NCBI GenBank assembly: GCA_949358305.1 | Contig: OX442314.1 | Coordinates: forward strand, 15,748,001-15,812,000 | Direction of reading: 5' to 3' | Source of the DNA: Strigamia acuminata | Taxonomy: Eukaryota | Length of the DNA stretch: 64,000 nt | Part shown: positions 21,110 to 33,430 of the stretch, in pieces | How positions within the stretch are numbered: position 1 is the first letter of the stretch | Layout of the letters: every line of letters starts with the position of its first letter | Program-made: the position numbers and the translations under genes | The notes under the pieces: generated by a model | Databases searched by the model: none | Told to the model about the DNA's origin: nothing | Seen by the model: the letters and a program-made list of their open reading frames with translations, nothing else

Positions 21110-22703
21110 GTCGTATTTTGGAAGAGAAATTCGAGAGGATGCAATGATCTTGTGGTTCTGTCAGTTCGATTAAAACAGATGCTGATATTATACTGATCAT
21201 TATCAATTCCTGCACAAAGTTCGGTTGGGTTCATGTTTTGTTTCGAGGGGTTCTACAGCATGGTATCCTTTCAACTCACGTGTAAAGTTCATAAACAAAT
21301 AAATTTATTCTCAAGTAGAAAACTTACACTGATAATAGCAGCATTCTGTATTTTCTCGTTAATGATATATACACAAAAAGGTTTAACTTAAACCCTCCAA
21401 AAAAACAACTTTTCAACTAAATATCATTTTATTCTATCAAATTAAAAAAGAAAAAAAAAAGAAAAAATCGTACGACTTCTAGAAATCTAATTTTCTCATT
21501 TTCGCTAAACTTTAAAATTCAAAAGCAAAACCATGTAGGCATACTTTCGATATGTTTCTTCTTATTAACAATATTAACTGTAAATTGTCGAAAATAAAAA
21601 TAAAACAAAACGCACTTTCTTCGTGATGCAATGCAATGCAATCAACATTCGTTTTTTTTTAACTCTCTCAATTTCCTCAGCCTGCTGAGTTAAAGGGGAA
21701 ATGAAACATTTTCGTATTGTGTAATAGATAATTGGCATATTTCTTTTTACTAGCTTTACAAGTAGATAGGCCATTCCTACACTATTTAAAATAAAATTAA
21801 TAAATAATATTCCTTCTAGAAACAAACAAATAAATAATTGGCTTATCCTTTTGTTCCGTTAATATTTACATTCGCCATTTTTTTTAAAAAAAAAAGTAAA
21901 TCAAAGGAAAAAACACATTAAAAAGGGGGAGAAATAAACAAGAAATAGTAAGTACCTCCTTGAAATGCAGACATTTACAAAAGCAAATATTTCACCTGGA
22001 AGAAGTATTTTTTGTATAAAACTTTCTATTCAAAACAATACATCGATACAGTGGATTCACTTTTCCACTTACTTCCTGTAGGCTTAAAGGATTGTCCTAA
22101 ATTTCCTATTGCACAACGAATACAACATACATGGAATTGCCAAGGATAAGTCTACCTCTCTTTAGGCCTAACGATTTTTCCATGGAATCCAACTTCCAAT
22201 TATCATTTTACATTTTTACGCCAATTTTTACAATAGGAATCGGAAGAAATGTTTTCCATACTAATAAAACCACCATTTTTTTTAGAAGTAAACTGTTTTT
22301 TTTCTTTTCTGATAATTTTTTTTCCCCAAAGATTAAAAAAAAAATAAGAAATCCACATTGATTACATTATACTGTACAGTGGCCAGAGCACAGTTAAAAC
22401 TCTATCACAGTTCTTGCATGTGGTGTATGTAGGAGATTTTTGGAATTTACAATCCCTTTGACAAAACGACAAGAAAAATAAAAATTCAAAGCGATTTAAA
22501 ACAAAAAAAAATATTACTTAAGCGCTTCTAACTAATCATCAACAGCACTTAAAACAGTATTGGCATGTTCGAATAACCTTTTGTCCAATTTCTAAATCAT
22601 CATTCACACTAAACTTCAGGTTCATACAAAATTATAAAAAAAATGCACAAAAAAGGACGCAAGGGCTTAAAACACTTTGTACATGTATGTATAGAGTCAG
22701 ATC

Positions 22704-25700
22704 TCATACCACATTTTTAACAGGAGCTACATATGTGTTTACAGGTGCCATGTAAGGCTTTGTGTACTCGTTTTCATTGGCACATTTATTTTTCTCTAAA
22801 CAGAGAGACCCGTTTGACGAGAGAAAAGGAGTCATTGCGCCCTGAAACTCTAAGTTCGTCGACTTAGGTCGTGGCTTTAAACGTGCAATTTTCAATTCTT
22901 GTTCTTTGTACCGCAGTTGACGCCGTTGCTTGAACAGCAAACACAGCAGCATGGTGATAATAACCAGTAGCACAATCACAATTACGCAGCAAACTATGAC
23001 TGCCATCAGACTAAGTTGCTGTGGATGCGTGTGAATTTTAAAAGTGTCATCTGCTAAATTAAACAAAAATACTGTTTAGTGCATTTGGATAATAGAAAAA
23101 ACACAACTTTTTTTGTTTTTTGTTTTATCTAACCTTCTTCTCCAGGAAACACATCGTTATCGTCTAAGTAAGTAATAACAGGAGTGGATTTTTCCAATTT
23201 CGGAATCATGGATACATCGGTTCTTTTCGGAATTTTGCCTAGCACAAAACAAAGCGGTTAAATCACGTCAAATTTTTATTTCATTTAAAGCTTACTGGCA
23301 CAAACTGGACAGCATTCTCCCTCGATATGGATAGGATTATCACAATCAACAGAGCACTGGTTTTCAGTGCATTTAATGCGCCCACTTAAACACATGCAGT
23401 GTACGCATTCACTCGTATTCCATCTCTCACCGTTGTTATAAATTCGATCGTCGCTTTCACACCTCAGCGACGGAACCTTTTTGTCTACACAAACAATAAA
23501 CAGATTAACAATACGGACGTCAACTAATCAATTTGAATACAGAATACACACCCAAACAAATAGGACAACACTGATTTTTCCTCAAAACTGGTCTATCACA
23601 CGTCGGATGAGGGCAGGAATCCGAGAAACACTTAATTTTTCCGTGTTGACAAGTACAACTTTGACAAATACTCGCTCTCCACGAATTGCCGTGTTGATAG
23701 GCAGTTCGTTCGTCGTCCGAGTAACACGTTGGTTTGTTAACATTCGATTCGGTATGCGCGGGTTCCGCAATTAAACCTTAAATTAAAAAAATACACCAAA
23801 AAAATAAACAACAACGAAATAAATCGGACAAAAAAATGTTATTAATGTACCAGTGCACGAAGCACAACATTCTGCTTGTTTTTTCACTGGTTTTGGACAA
23901 GGTGTGGGTGCGCATTGCTGCGTATTGCACAACACTCTCCCCTCGTGACAAATGCATCGCGTGCACGAGTCCATATCCCACGTTTCTCCTTCTACGTAAT
24001 GATGTCCATCAATTGCTTGGCACACCGTCATCATGGGAACAGCAACCGACACGTCATCTGCATCAAAAGAATATGCTACCAATCAAAAAGTAATAATTAA
24101 AAGTACTTAAAGTTTTTAATTACCCAAACATTGTGGACAGCAATCTTCGGCAGTGACAGACGGGTGTTCGCACCTGGGTACTGGGCACGAAATGAGAGCG
24201 CACATTTCCTGGCCGTCGTGACAGTAGCACACTCGACAACCGTCGTGCCACGTCTCTCCTTCATCGTATTGTTGGCCCTCGGTGCTGTAACACGCGGTTC
24301 TGTCTGATAAACGAATCGATCGTGCTGTCGTCACCATGGAAACTAAAGTTGTGGACGCGGTGGTGGGAATTTCCTCGTGAACTGATAAATATTCAATAGT
24401 TGAACAAGCAAGATTTTTATTTACCAATTTGATTTCATACCGGTTTTGCATTTGCAAATGGGACAGTCCCTGCCGTCAGTGAGAAACCCGAGTGGACACT
24501 TGCGGTTGCATCCCTTCAACTTCTTGCAGCGACTGCATTTGCATACAGGACATCCATTCTTGTTCAATTTGTAGCCATGGTTACAGTATTTTTTGCAATC
24601 AATAAGACGTTGACAGTCGCTTTCTTCTTGGGCACATTGACAAATCTCTTGTCCATTAACATCTTGTGAATAGCCATTTAGACAGTTTAAATTGCAGTCC
24701 TCTGCAAAGATTGCGTAATTTAGCATTTAAAAAAATTGCTCAACTCCTAATTAATTACCTAATTTGCATTTGCACTCGTAGCAACCGTTCTCGTTCTTTT
24801 TCAATCCAGCAGCGCATTGTATGGAACAATTGTCGACTGATGGGCAATCTGGAGGAATAGTAACCTCAGTCTGTGTATGGTCTAGAAATTATTTTTTACA
24901 AAAAAAAATAAACAAAAAAATAAATAAATAAAACAAAAACATAAACATAAACATAAACATAAACAAAAATAAATAAAACTTAATAAAATAAATAAAAATC
25001 AAAGAAAAAAAATCAAAAAAAGACCACTTTCCCACTAAAACTCCTTCTATTTTCAAAAAATATTTCCTCGATGTGAAGAAAATCTTACCGGGACACACGA
25101 AACAACATTGGCCGGGGATTTTCACTGGATGAGGACAAGCAGAATGACACATCTCGGCTTGACAGTGAACCTGCCCATTTTCACACTCGCACGAAGTGCA
25201 GTAGTCGTCTTCCTTCCACCTTTCAGTGTTATTGTAAAACCTTCCAGTGCTTGTAACACAACCTTGAATCAAACAGAATGACTAAGTAGACAGAATCGAC
25301 TCATTTACTATAATTACATTTCATGCGAATCGCAACACTTTTCGAGTATTAATCTTTAATACTTTTAATCAAAGAATTCCATTTCTCGAACCAATATGAA
25401 AACATTTTCTCTCTTTAACGATTTTTAATTAAATTCCAACCAAAATATTTAATTTGCATATTAAACTTACATTTTACTTCTTTTAAACGAGCTACCGTAT
25501 AATTAGCATCAAATTACGAGACAAAATGTCAAAAGTAAAATATGTTAATAAAACATACATTTACTTTTTACATTTTAAATCATTCCAAACTTCAAGAGAA
25601 AAAAATAAAATAAATTGTCAAGAAAAAAAGACCTAACTTCCTTAAATCGAATCAAAAATCAAAACGCGAACGCCCAATTAATCTAAAACTTTAAACACGC

Positions 25701-28208
25701 ACTCACCTATGCACGCAGGACAACATTCTCCTTCAGGAATTTCAATCCTGCCACAATCCGGCAACGGCTTGCATTCAGCGCTCTCACATAATGTCACTCC
25801 ATCTTTGCAATCACACTTCTGACATTTGTTTTTCTTCCATGTGTGTCCGTTGGGAAACTCTTGTCCCTCAAAATTACATCGCAATTCGGTTTCTGTGTCC
25901 AAAGAGAAAACAAAACCAACATTTCAACAGAAATAATCATTACACGAAATCTAAAAAATTCAACAACAAAAATTTAAAAAAAGTTAAAAAAAAATAAAAA
26001 AAATGAAATAAACGTTGACCTTGATTTAATTTCATCACTGACAGAATGATAACTTCATTCAATCTGTGTAAATTATTATTCTAATAAATTCTAAGTGCCA
26101 ATCGTCCTAGATTTTACTCATTATCATTTAAATGTACACCACACTCACCATTAATACACTTGTAGACAGCGCAGCATTTACCAGGCTTGTCTTCAGCTTG
26201 TTGTTCCAACTTGACTTGAAAACCCTTCTGGCATTCGGGTGGCGAACATGGCGAACAAGCACAACTAACAATAATTAATTGGAACTGAGTTGTTTGAGCA
26301 CAGATAACAAACACAAAAATTGCACAAAACAAAATAAAATTCTATTTTACATTATTTTTTTTTTCATTTTTATAAGCATTTTTAATTTTTAATTTACCCA
26401 CGAGACACGCTGCAGCATTTGTCAGACAGAACGAGTTTCGGTAACATGTAACTATCGTCAGGACACACTTCCTCTACGGGACATTTAACATTCTCGCATC
26501 CATCTGCAAAATAAAAAAAAATAAAAAAATTTATGTTTTTCAGTATCAACATAAATCAAAAATTCATCCAATCATCAAAAAAAAATTTAATAACACACCC
26601 AATAAGTAATTTTTCATAACCTCAATTTTTGCCCAACCTCTTTCATTAACAACCTTCTACAACAATCTTTTTTTCAGTCTTAAATATATTGATAATAGAA
26701 TGATGGATGAGTGGATGAAATGACAGCTAGTCATGAACTCTCATAACCTATACTTTGAGTCAAGTTCAGTTGGAAAAAAAAAATAAGTAGAACTCCCATT
26801 TGATTTGTGGTTTTATTTTATTGGTCACTAGATACCAAACATGCCGCTGGTATTTTCAGAGCACTTAATAAGACAAATCTTCCCACGAGACGATCAAACA
26901 AGGATTTAATGCGTATTACATCTCTCAACTAATTCGAACAAAAACTTTGATAGGTCGAATCATTTCTGCGACTCTCTGTGAAGATAAAATAAACATAAAA
27001 CTTATTTTCTTTAAATATTTTATCGCAACGATAACTAAGTGTTTATTGCTTTACAACACGCCAGCGAGCTGTTCTGTGACAAGAGAACGTTTAAAACTCT
27101 CATCTCATTTGCCATTGATTAAGGGCGCAGAAAAGAAAGGGTTTATTTCTATTATATGAATAAAAGAAAATTGAAGTCTGCAATTAATTTGGTCCAACAG
27201 TTTAATCGCAAGAGAAGATTAAGAACAGAAAAGACAAATTAATCAAACTGATTTGTTTTTCCTGTCATTAATTTCGCCATTAATATGCGATAGGAACTTA
27301 AAAAAGTAAAAAAATAATTTCAACAACAATAATAAAACTCTACCCCGAGAAAATTCTTTCTTTTCGTCCAACCCACATCAATTAATGATTCTTTCACTCA
27401 ATAATTGAAATCATCAAAAACTACACCTCAAACTTCACAAGAAAATTGAACAACATAAAAAATTAAAATTAAAAAAAAAAATAAGCCAACTGTCTAAACC
27501 TTTTCATCATATCTCATTACATGATGGATGATGTTTCTTTGAAAATCCCCTTCCATTCAACGCCAACAAATCCTAGTCCACCTGACTTAGAAATTCAAAA
27601 TCATTCTCTCAACCTTTCACCATAGTGACATTGATCAATACATGAATCCATGCAAAAATTTATGATGTTGGCGGAAAACTTGTGCAGTCAAAAGAAAGAA
27701 ATAAATAAAAAAAATATTTAAAAAAAAGCAAACTTGTTTCATTTTCGTTTGTATGTTTGCAGCTGTTTTGCAAACAGGTGAAACCCCATACATTTCTCTG
27801 AGTCATCAGTTGCAACTTTTACTTCTTCCCTGCTCAAATCAAAACCGACTTTCTATTCCATTCAATTAAAAATACATACAGTAGCCCCACCGTCTCGTCT
27901 TCCCGATTCAACCCAACTAACTTATGCAATCGTGTCTAAAGTAGAACAGACAAGAACTAACTGAATTAGAATCGAGCATCGACTAAGAATAATGGCGTGT
28001 CACATTTAATGACACACACACACTTTTTGGACACAACTGTGTGAAAACAAATGAAGCAAACCATCCACATGAAAATGAAATCGAATTAAATTCGATAGAA
28101 AACAAAAGTAAAAATGAGAAAAAGAATGCAGTCTTCCGGAGTTAACTTACCTTCAACTTGACCATGCACAACAAGCAAGGCGAACACAAGCGACAGTAAC
28201 GTATACAT
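22704..28208 (-). CDS. CRIM1: Cysteine-rich motor neuron 1-like protein (6 VWC, 4 antistasin-like repeats, TM), about 784 aa
   Basis: Exons 28151-28208 (signal peptide MYTLLSLVFALLVVHGQVE), 26398-26503, 26149-26264, 25707-25892 (VWC), 25089-25262 (VWC), 24759-24881 and 24441-24701 (antistasin-like), 24124-24381, 23851-24057, 23552-23776, 23296-23484 (four VWC), 23134-23238, 22704-23050/23053 (TM LMAVIVCCVIVIVLLVIITMLLCLLF plus tail). Phases are consistent and the 2 VWC + 4 antistasin + 4 VWC + TM order matches CRIM1. Confidence 0.88.
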
Positions 28209-29999
28209 TTCAAAAGTGATTCGTTACATTGGTGGATTGCACAATATACAACGTCGTTCTCCACCTACGCGGGGTTCCAACTTCACCCACTCAAATCCTG
28301 GCTGAGGTCTAATTCGCAAATGACCACATGGAAGTCGAGGCTCTCCACTGAAGGTGTGCGTGTTGCTCTGACCTCAATGCTGAACTAAACCGCACCAAAC
28401 ACAAGCTCGGGACTCCCTGAGCTGCCGAGAGCGGAGCAGTCGATTCAGTATAGGGAGTAATGCACTTTCTCCTCATTCACCAACCAAAGGATCTTACAGA
28501 TGAATGCCAACATTCCATCAATGACTGGATTACATTCTTTTTTATTTCTTTCTGTACGCATGAAGGATCCATTTCTTCCCACACCGAAATGTGACGTCAA
28601 AGTTCCCAATGACGAGTGGGTTAGAGGAATTTTTTTTTTGGAAATACAAACATGCAAGTTTTGAATGTTGATGTTTGAGTTTAAATGAATGTTTGAGGAA
28701 AAAATGTCAAGTATCCATAATACAAAAATTTTCTACAACCCTGGAATATTCGTGAAATGGACTTTTAAAGCCGTTTTTGCTAAACACACGAAAATATTTT
28801 AAATTACAAAATAAATCCAATTTATGGCCCCAGAAATAAGCATTTGTTCAATTGAATTATTCGCCTCCATTCGCCGAAATTAAAATTAACTTAAATACAA
28901 TTAACAAAAATTAACCACTAATTGCGCAGGATAACCAACCAAGCAAAACTAATTCGCCTTTAATTGATGCCCACTTTAAAACAGCGTCATTAAACAACCG
29001 CCACTTTATTTCCTTTCCTCGGAAATTGCACTTTCTTACCCATAGTTTTACGTCTAATGTGAAAAGAGAGAAAACAAAAACTTGCTCACATCTAAAGATA
29101 ACCCAAAACGGAAATTACTGCATATAAAGTCACACAATACTGAAGGATGTTTCCCCGGACACGTTTTTTTTTCCCTTCTCATTTGCTCTGGAAAAGATCC
29201 AATGATTGCGTGTGAATTAGACAACAAGAGAAGTTGAAAGAAGGAAGAAAGGGAAAAACAACAAAACCAGATATCCATCACAATTGATTAACCCTTTTTT
29301 TACCTACCAATGTAAACATGGTAAATCGGTGATGCTTCCAGCACACGACAGGTATATGGAAAACGTGAAAAATCTTTATCCTATACTAAATCTCCTACTT
29401 CCATGCATAAAACATGCCTTCATGCCTCCAAGTAATTGACAAGGTCAACACTCATTAGTCACAAGTTCTCGTGAGGTATAACGAGATCCCTGTTGGTACA
29501 TTTAAACTTTTGGAAAAATCGAAAACGGTGAAGTCTTGACTTTATCAGATAAAGCTTTAAAGGTGTTGCTTTTAATACCACTCCCAAAGGTATTTTTATT
29601 TAATAAACAATATTGACTTTAAACCATTTTGGAATGCAATTTAATCCCTCAATCCCTCGGTCGTGTGACCAACCATGTTAAATAACTTGGGTTATACAAT
29701 TTTGAACTACAGTAGTCTGCACTGAATAACCGGTATTTAGATGCCAAAATCAAACTGAAAACTCCATGTCTGGCAACATATAAACACAACAAATAAATAT
29801 TTTTAAAAATAATTTTACACTTTTGTATCGTCAGATGCAAAAAATAGAATTTAGTGTTTGAAATCTTTAAATTTGGCATTATGCAGAGTATTGTGTAGGA
29901 AATAAAGGATCCAGATGAAGTTAGCATGGTCTGGTTTCATTAATCCTAAAAACTCAGCAATAACAATTACCATAGCAACAATAATACTAACAACCAACA

Positions 30000-32900
30000 A
30001 GAGAGAAACCTAGCGTCAAAACCAGGCACGAGTTGCCAACACATTAACAACATACCGGACACGGACTGTAGTATACAACATTCGTGGTGGTCTCTGAAGT
30101 ACTAACAGGTTATGGGCCCGATGCACATTGTCACCACGCAAGATGCATCCTAAATCGACAGAGGAAACACAAATTTTGTAAAACTACCATCATAAAAAAC
30201 ATGATGGCGACATGTTGCGGTAATTGAAAAAAAACGACGACGACGACGATCAAACGATTAACCATAACCACACAGGACACCCATGGCTGTCAATTGTAAA
30301 TTGTATATGGAAGAAGCGATTCCACACAGTAAACTAATGGACAGTGGAAACACTCACGTTTGGAGTAGGAAATAAACTTACTCGTGTTATGTTAAGTTTA
30401 CTTATCCATTTGGGGTATTTGTTATCAAATTGCTATTTATGTGGTATTTATCCATTTTAATGTAATTATTGCTCCCTTGCAGTGTTAATTCTCAATTTCC
30501 TATGTTGTTAATCTATTTCCTATATTGCCAGTGTTCCCATGTTAAGACTAATTTAAGCCTTTTTCTGCATGCACTATTGTTATAATAATGAGATGATGTT
30601 TGTTATGTACTGCTATTATTTAGAGTTTTCTTTATTAATTTGTGTTGTAATAGTGCTTTGACATATGCTAATGTGCTTTCATTCTTTCAAGCTTACTTGG
30701 TTTATATCTTTTATATTGTTAATGTAGTAAAAACTTCGATTTTACACTGTTCACTTGTGTTTTCTCTTGTCTTTTTCTTTGGCCCTAGACCTTAGCTACT
30801 AGAATCCCTTATGGATTAGTTTTGCTAGATTCCACCACTATACTCTCTCTCAAAACCACCCTCACCCCCTTTCTTCTACACCATCTTCAAGCCAAGACCT
30901 AAACATCGTGACCATTTGCCAAATTTTGGTGCCGTAGAGACCAGGATCCAGTCAATTGGTCAAGCATTTGGAGATGTAAGAAGCTGGATCATCAAGAGGG
31001 CTGCTCGCCCAAAAGAGGTCGTTCCAAGGATGGGTCACTCGGTACTGCAAAGAGTTTCAAGAGGCACTCAAGGCAGTTGGCCAAAATTTGGAACCCTTGA
31101 TACTCGTTCTGAGAAGACTGCCAGCAATGTCCAAGATGCTGAGTGACTTGGAAGAGAAGCTGCTGGACATTTGGCCAGATGATCAAATAGATGCAGAACT
31201 TGAGTCCACCCATGAGTACAAAATTAAACTAACAGATGCCGAGACGCCGTACGCAATTTTGAAGAAACGCAATTTTGAAGAAACGAGGCGAGTCCCATTA
31301 TCCAGAAGGAGTCCATGAGTCCTTTGCGTCACTCACCTTTGCCTCATGCACCGCTGCTTCACACACCTTGGCAAGATGATGGAGATCTTTGTAACAATGC
31401 TTCACTGGTCCATTCTGGTAGTCTGAGCCACTCTTTTCATGGAAGTGCCACTGGTCAGTCTAAAAAGAGTGAAGCTGCCCACATATGATGTCTCCAAGTT
31501 TGACGACAACTTTCTCAAGTGTTAGGGCTTTGCTGACCAATTCCATTCCACGATTGGGTCCAATTCCAAACTTAGCAATGTTGACAGATTTGCGTACCTG
31601 CAAGCTTCATAGACTGGTAGTGCAGCTGCGGCAATTGCAAACTTCACGCTGGAAGCACAAAACTACAAACAGACCTTGGAGACCTTGGTAATGCAGTTTG
31701 GCAGACCAACTTCGATTGTCCAAGCGCACATTGACGGATTGCAGACTTCTGGTAGTGGACCGGGTACAAGATATTGTTGCTCAGTAATCATTATTTTTGT
31801 CGTGCCAAGGAAATCACAAGCATGCTGATTGTCATGAGTCATGACTGCTGAAAAAAAGCAAGCCATTATCAGACAGCAGAAGAGATGTTTTGTTTGTCTG
31901 CAGAAGAGACATTTTGTAAGTCGGTGTTCTTGGTCAAGACCATGTCCGAAGTGTCAGAAGACACATATCATATCTCTTTGTTTGGGACCAGCAGTAACTC
32001 CGGCAGCAATACAGAATACGTCATGTTTCACTTCGATGTCAGCTGTGGTTTTTCAAACAACATGACTTTGATTGATTGGACGAGATGCCAAATTAGAAGT
32101 TCGTTGTTTGCTGGACAGTGGGGTTGCAACCGTCGCAACGCAGTTTTGTTCGTTTGGCAGCAGCTGGCCATGTAAACGTTAAGAAGCAGAAAAGGTTACA
32201 CCATGCGACTTAACACCTTTGTACATCCGGCGACTTCGTACAAAGATTGGGCCTGCTTTGAGTTACATATACAAGCCTTACAAGGTGGTCAAGTTGTCAA
32301 GGTTTCTGCTCTGGGATCGAAAGAACTTTGCAGTACATTACCTGTTCCAACTGATCCGAATGTTCTGAACCATCTCAAGGAGTTCTTCGGAACACAGACG
32401 TATTGTCTATTCAATCCCATGCCAAACCCAAAACATTAGAAATGGACCTGGATAGAGGAAACTCCTTTTCAGCAACTTCTTCACCAGCTTCCAACCAAAG
32501 CTGGTGCAACTCAATGCAAGAAGTGGCTCACTTTCGCATGTCTATTTTGCTGTCGGCAAGAATCTGTTTGCATTCCATCTGTTGTTCAAATGCTTCCGTT
32601 GGTGAATCTGCTCCCGCCAATAAGTCATCCACTTACAAGTTTCGGTCCAGGAACGACGATGCAACTGGTAACGAATGGTAGCGTTCAACTAGCAAAGTCC
32701 ATTCATCCTGATATCTAATTCACCATAAGCATAGTAAATAAATTGTCGCAACAATCAAGGTAAGCACCATTCACAAATGAAAGTAACGATTGGAGACCCA
32801 CCTTCAATGCTCTCATGGATTCGAGTGCAATGCAATGTTACATCTTGGACAACAATTGTTGCAAAGTGGGAAAGAGGATGCTACAGTATTTAAAAGGGGC

Positions 32901-33430
32901 ATTAAAATAACGTACAAATCAAACGATGAACCATTGATCGAACATGTTGACACAGATTGGGGATCGGATGAAGTCGAAAGGAAATCATGTGGAAACTGTA
33001 AGTTTTCCTTGGCAGGAGGAGTTATGTCATGAGTTAGAGTCGAAGAAACTAAAATCTATCGCCCTATCAACTATAAAAGCGGCGTACATTTCCATATCCG
33101 AAGCTGCTTGCAGAGCATATGCAAACTATGCTGACAGAACAAAGATTCGAAGACTTAGTGAGCAGTGCATACATTTTTTATTGCCACCATCAAGGCGTAA
33201 TTTGCCTCACTAAAGGCAAAGAAATTTACATCAGATCCAACCATTTAGACATACGAAATCACTTTGTTCAAGACGTACAAAGCAAGATGTCCATCAAGAA
33301 TAAGCCAACTGAAGACGGGTCAGCGAATACACTTATGAAGGGATTGCCAAAACCAAAAAGTACAATTTATATAACAAACTATTCAGACCTGACAAAGAAA
33401 CTCGAAAATAAAAGATGCCACCTTTAGGAA
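30000..33430 (+). mobile_element. Decayed Ty1/copia retrotransposon relic interrupted by BEL/Pao fragments
   Basis: ..TAACA GGTTATGGGCCC at 30108-30119 is a copia-type internal tRNAiMet PBS. RT-end/RNase H remnants at ~32700-33430 (HPDI, VDTDWGSDEVERKS..FSLAGGVMS, SKKLKSIALSTIKAAYISISEAA, HLDIRNHFVQD, NTLMKGLP) contain frameshifts. Boundaries approximate. Confidence 0.8.
30302..32690 (+). mobile_element. Decayed BEL/Pao retrotransposon fragments nested in the copia relic
   Basis: PBS-like TGGTGCCGTAGAGACCAGGAT (~30927); DUF1759-like KLPTY..SKLSNVDRFAYLQ..NYKQTLETLVMQFG..AHIDGL; Cys/His cluster RCFVCLQKRHFVSRC..CPKCQKTH..LC; protease LLDSG (~32107); minus-strand RT fragment VDDLLAGADS..IDMRK (~32440-32690). 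Many stops; LTR start is tentative. Confidence 0.82.
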
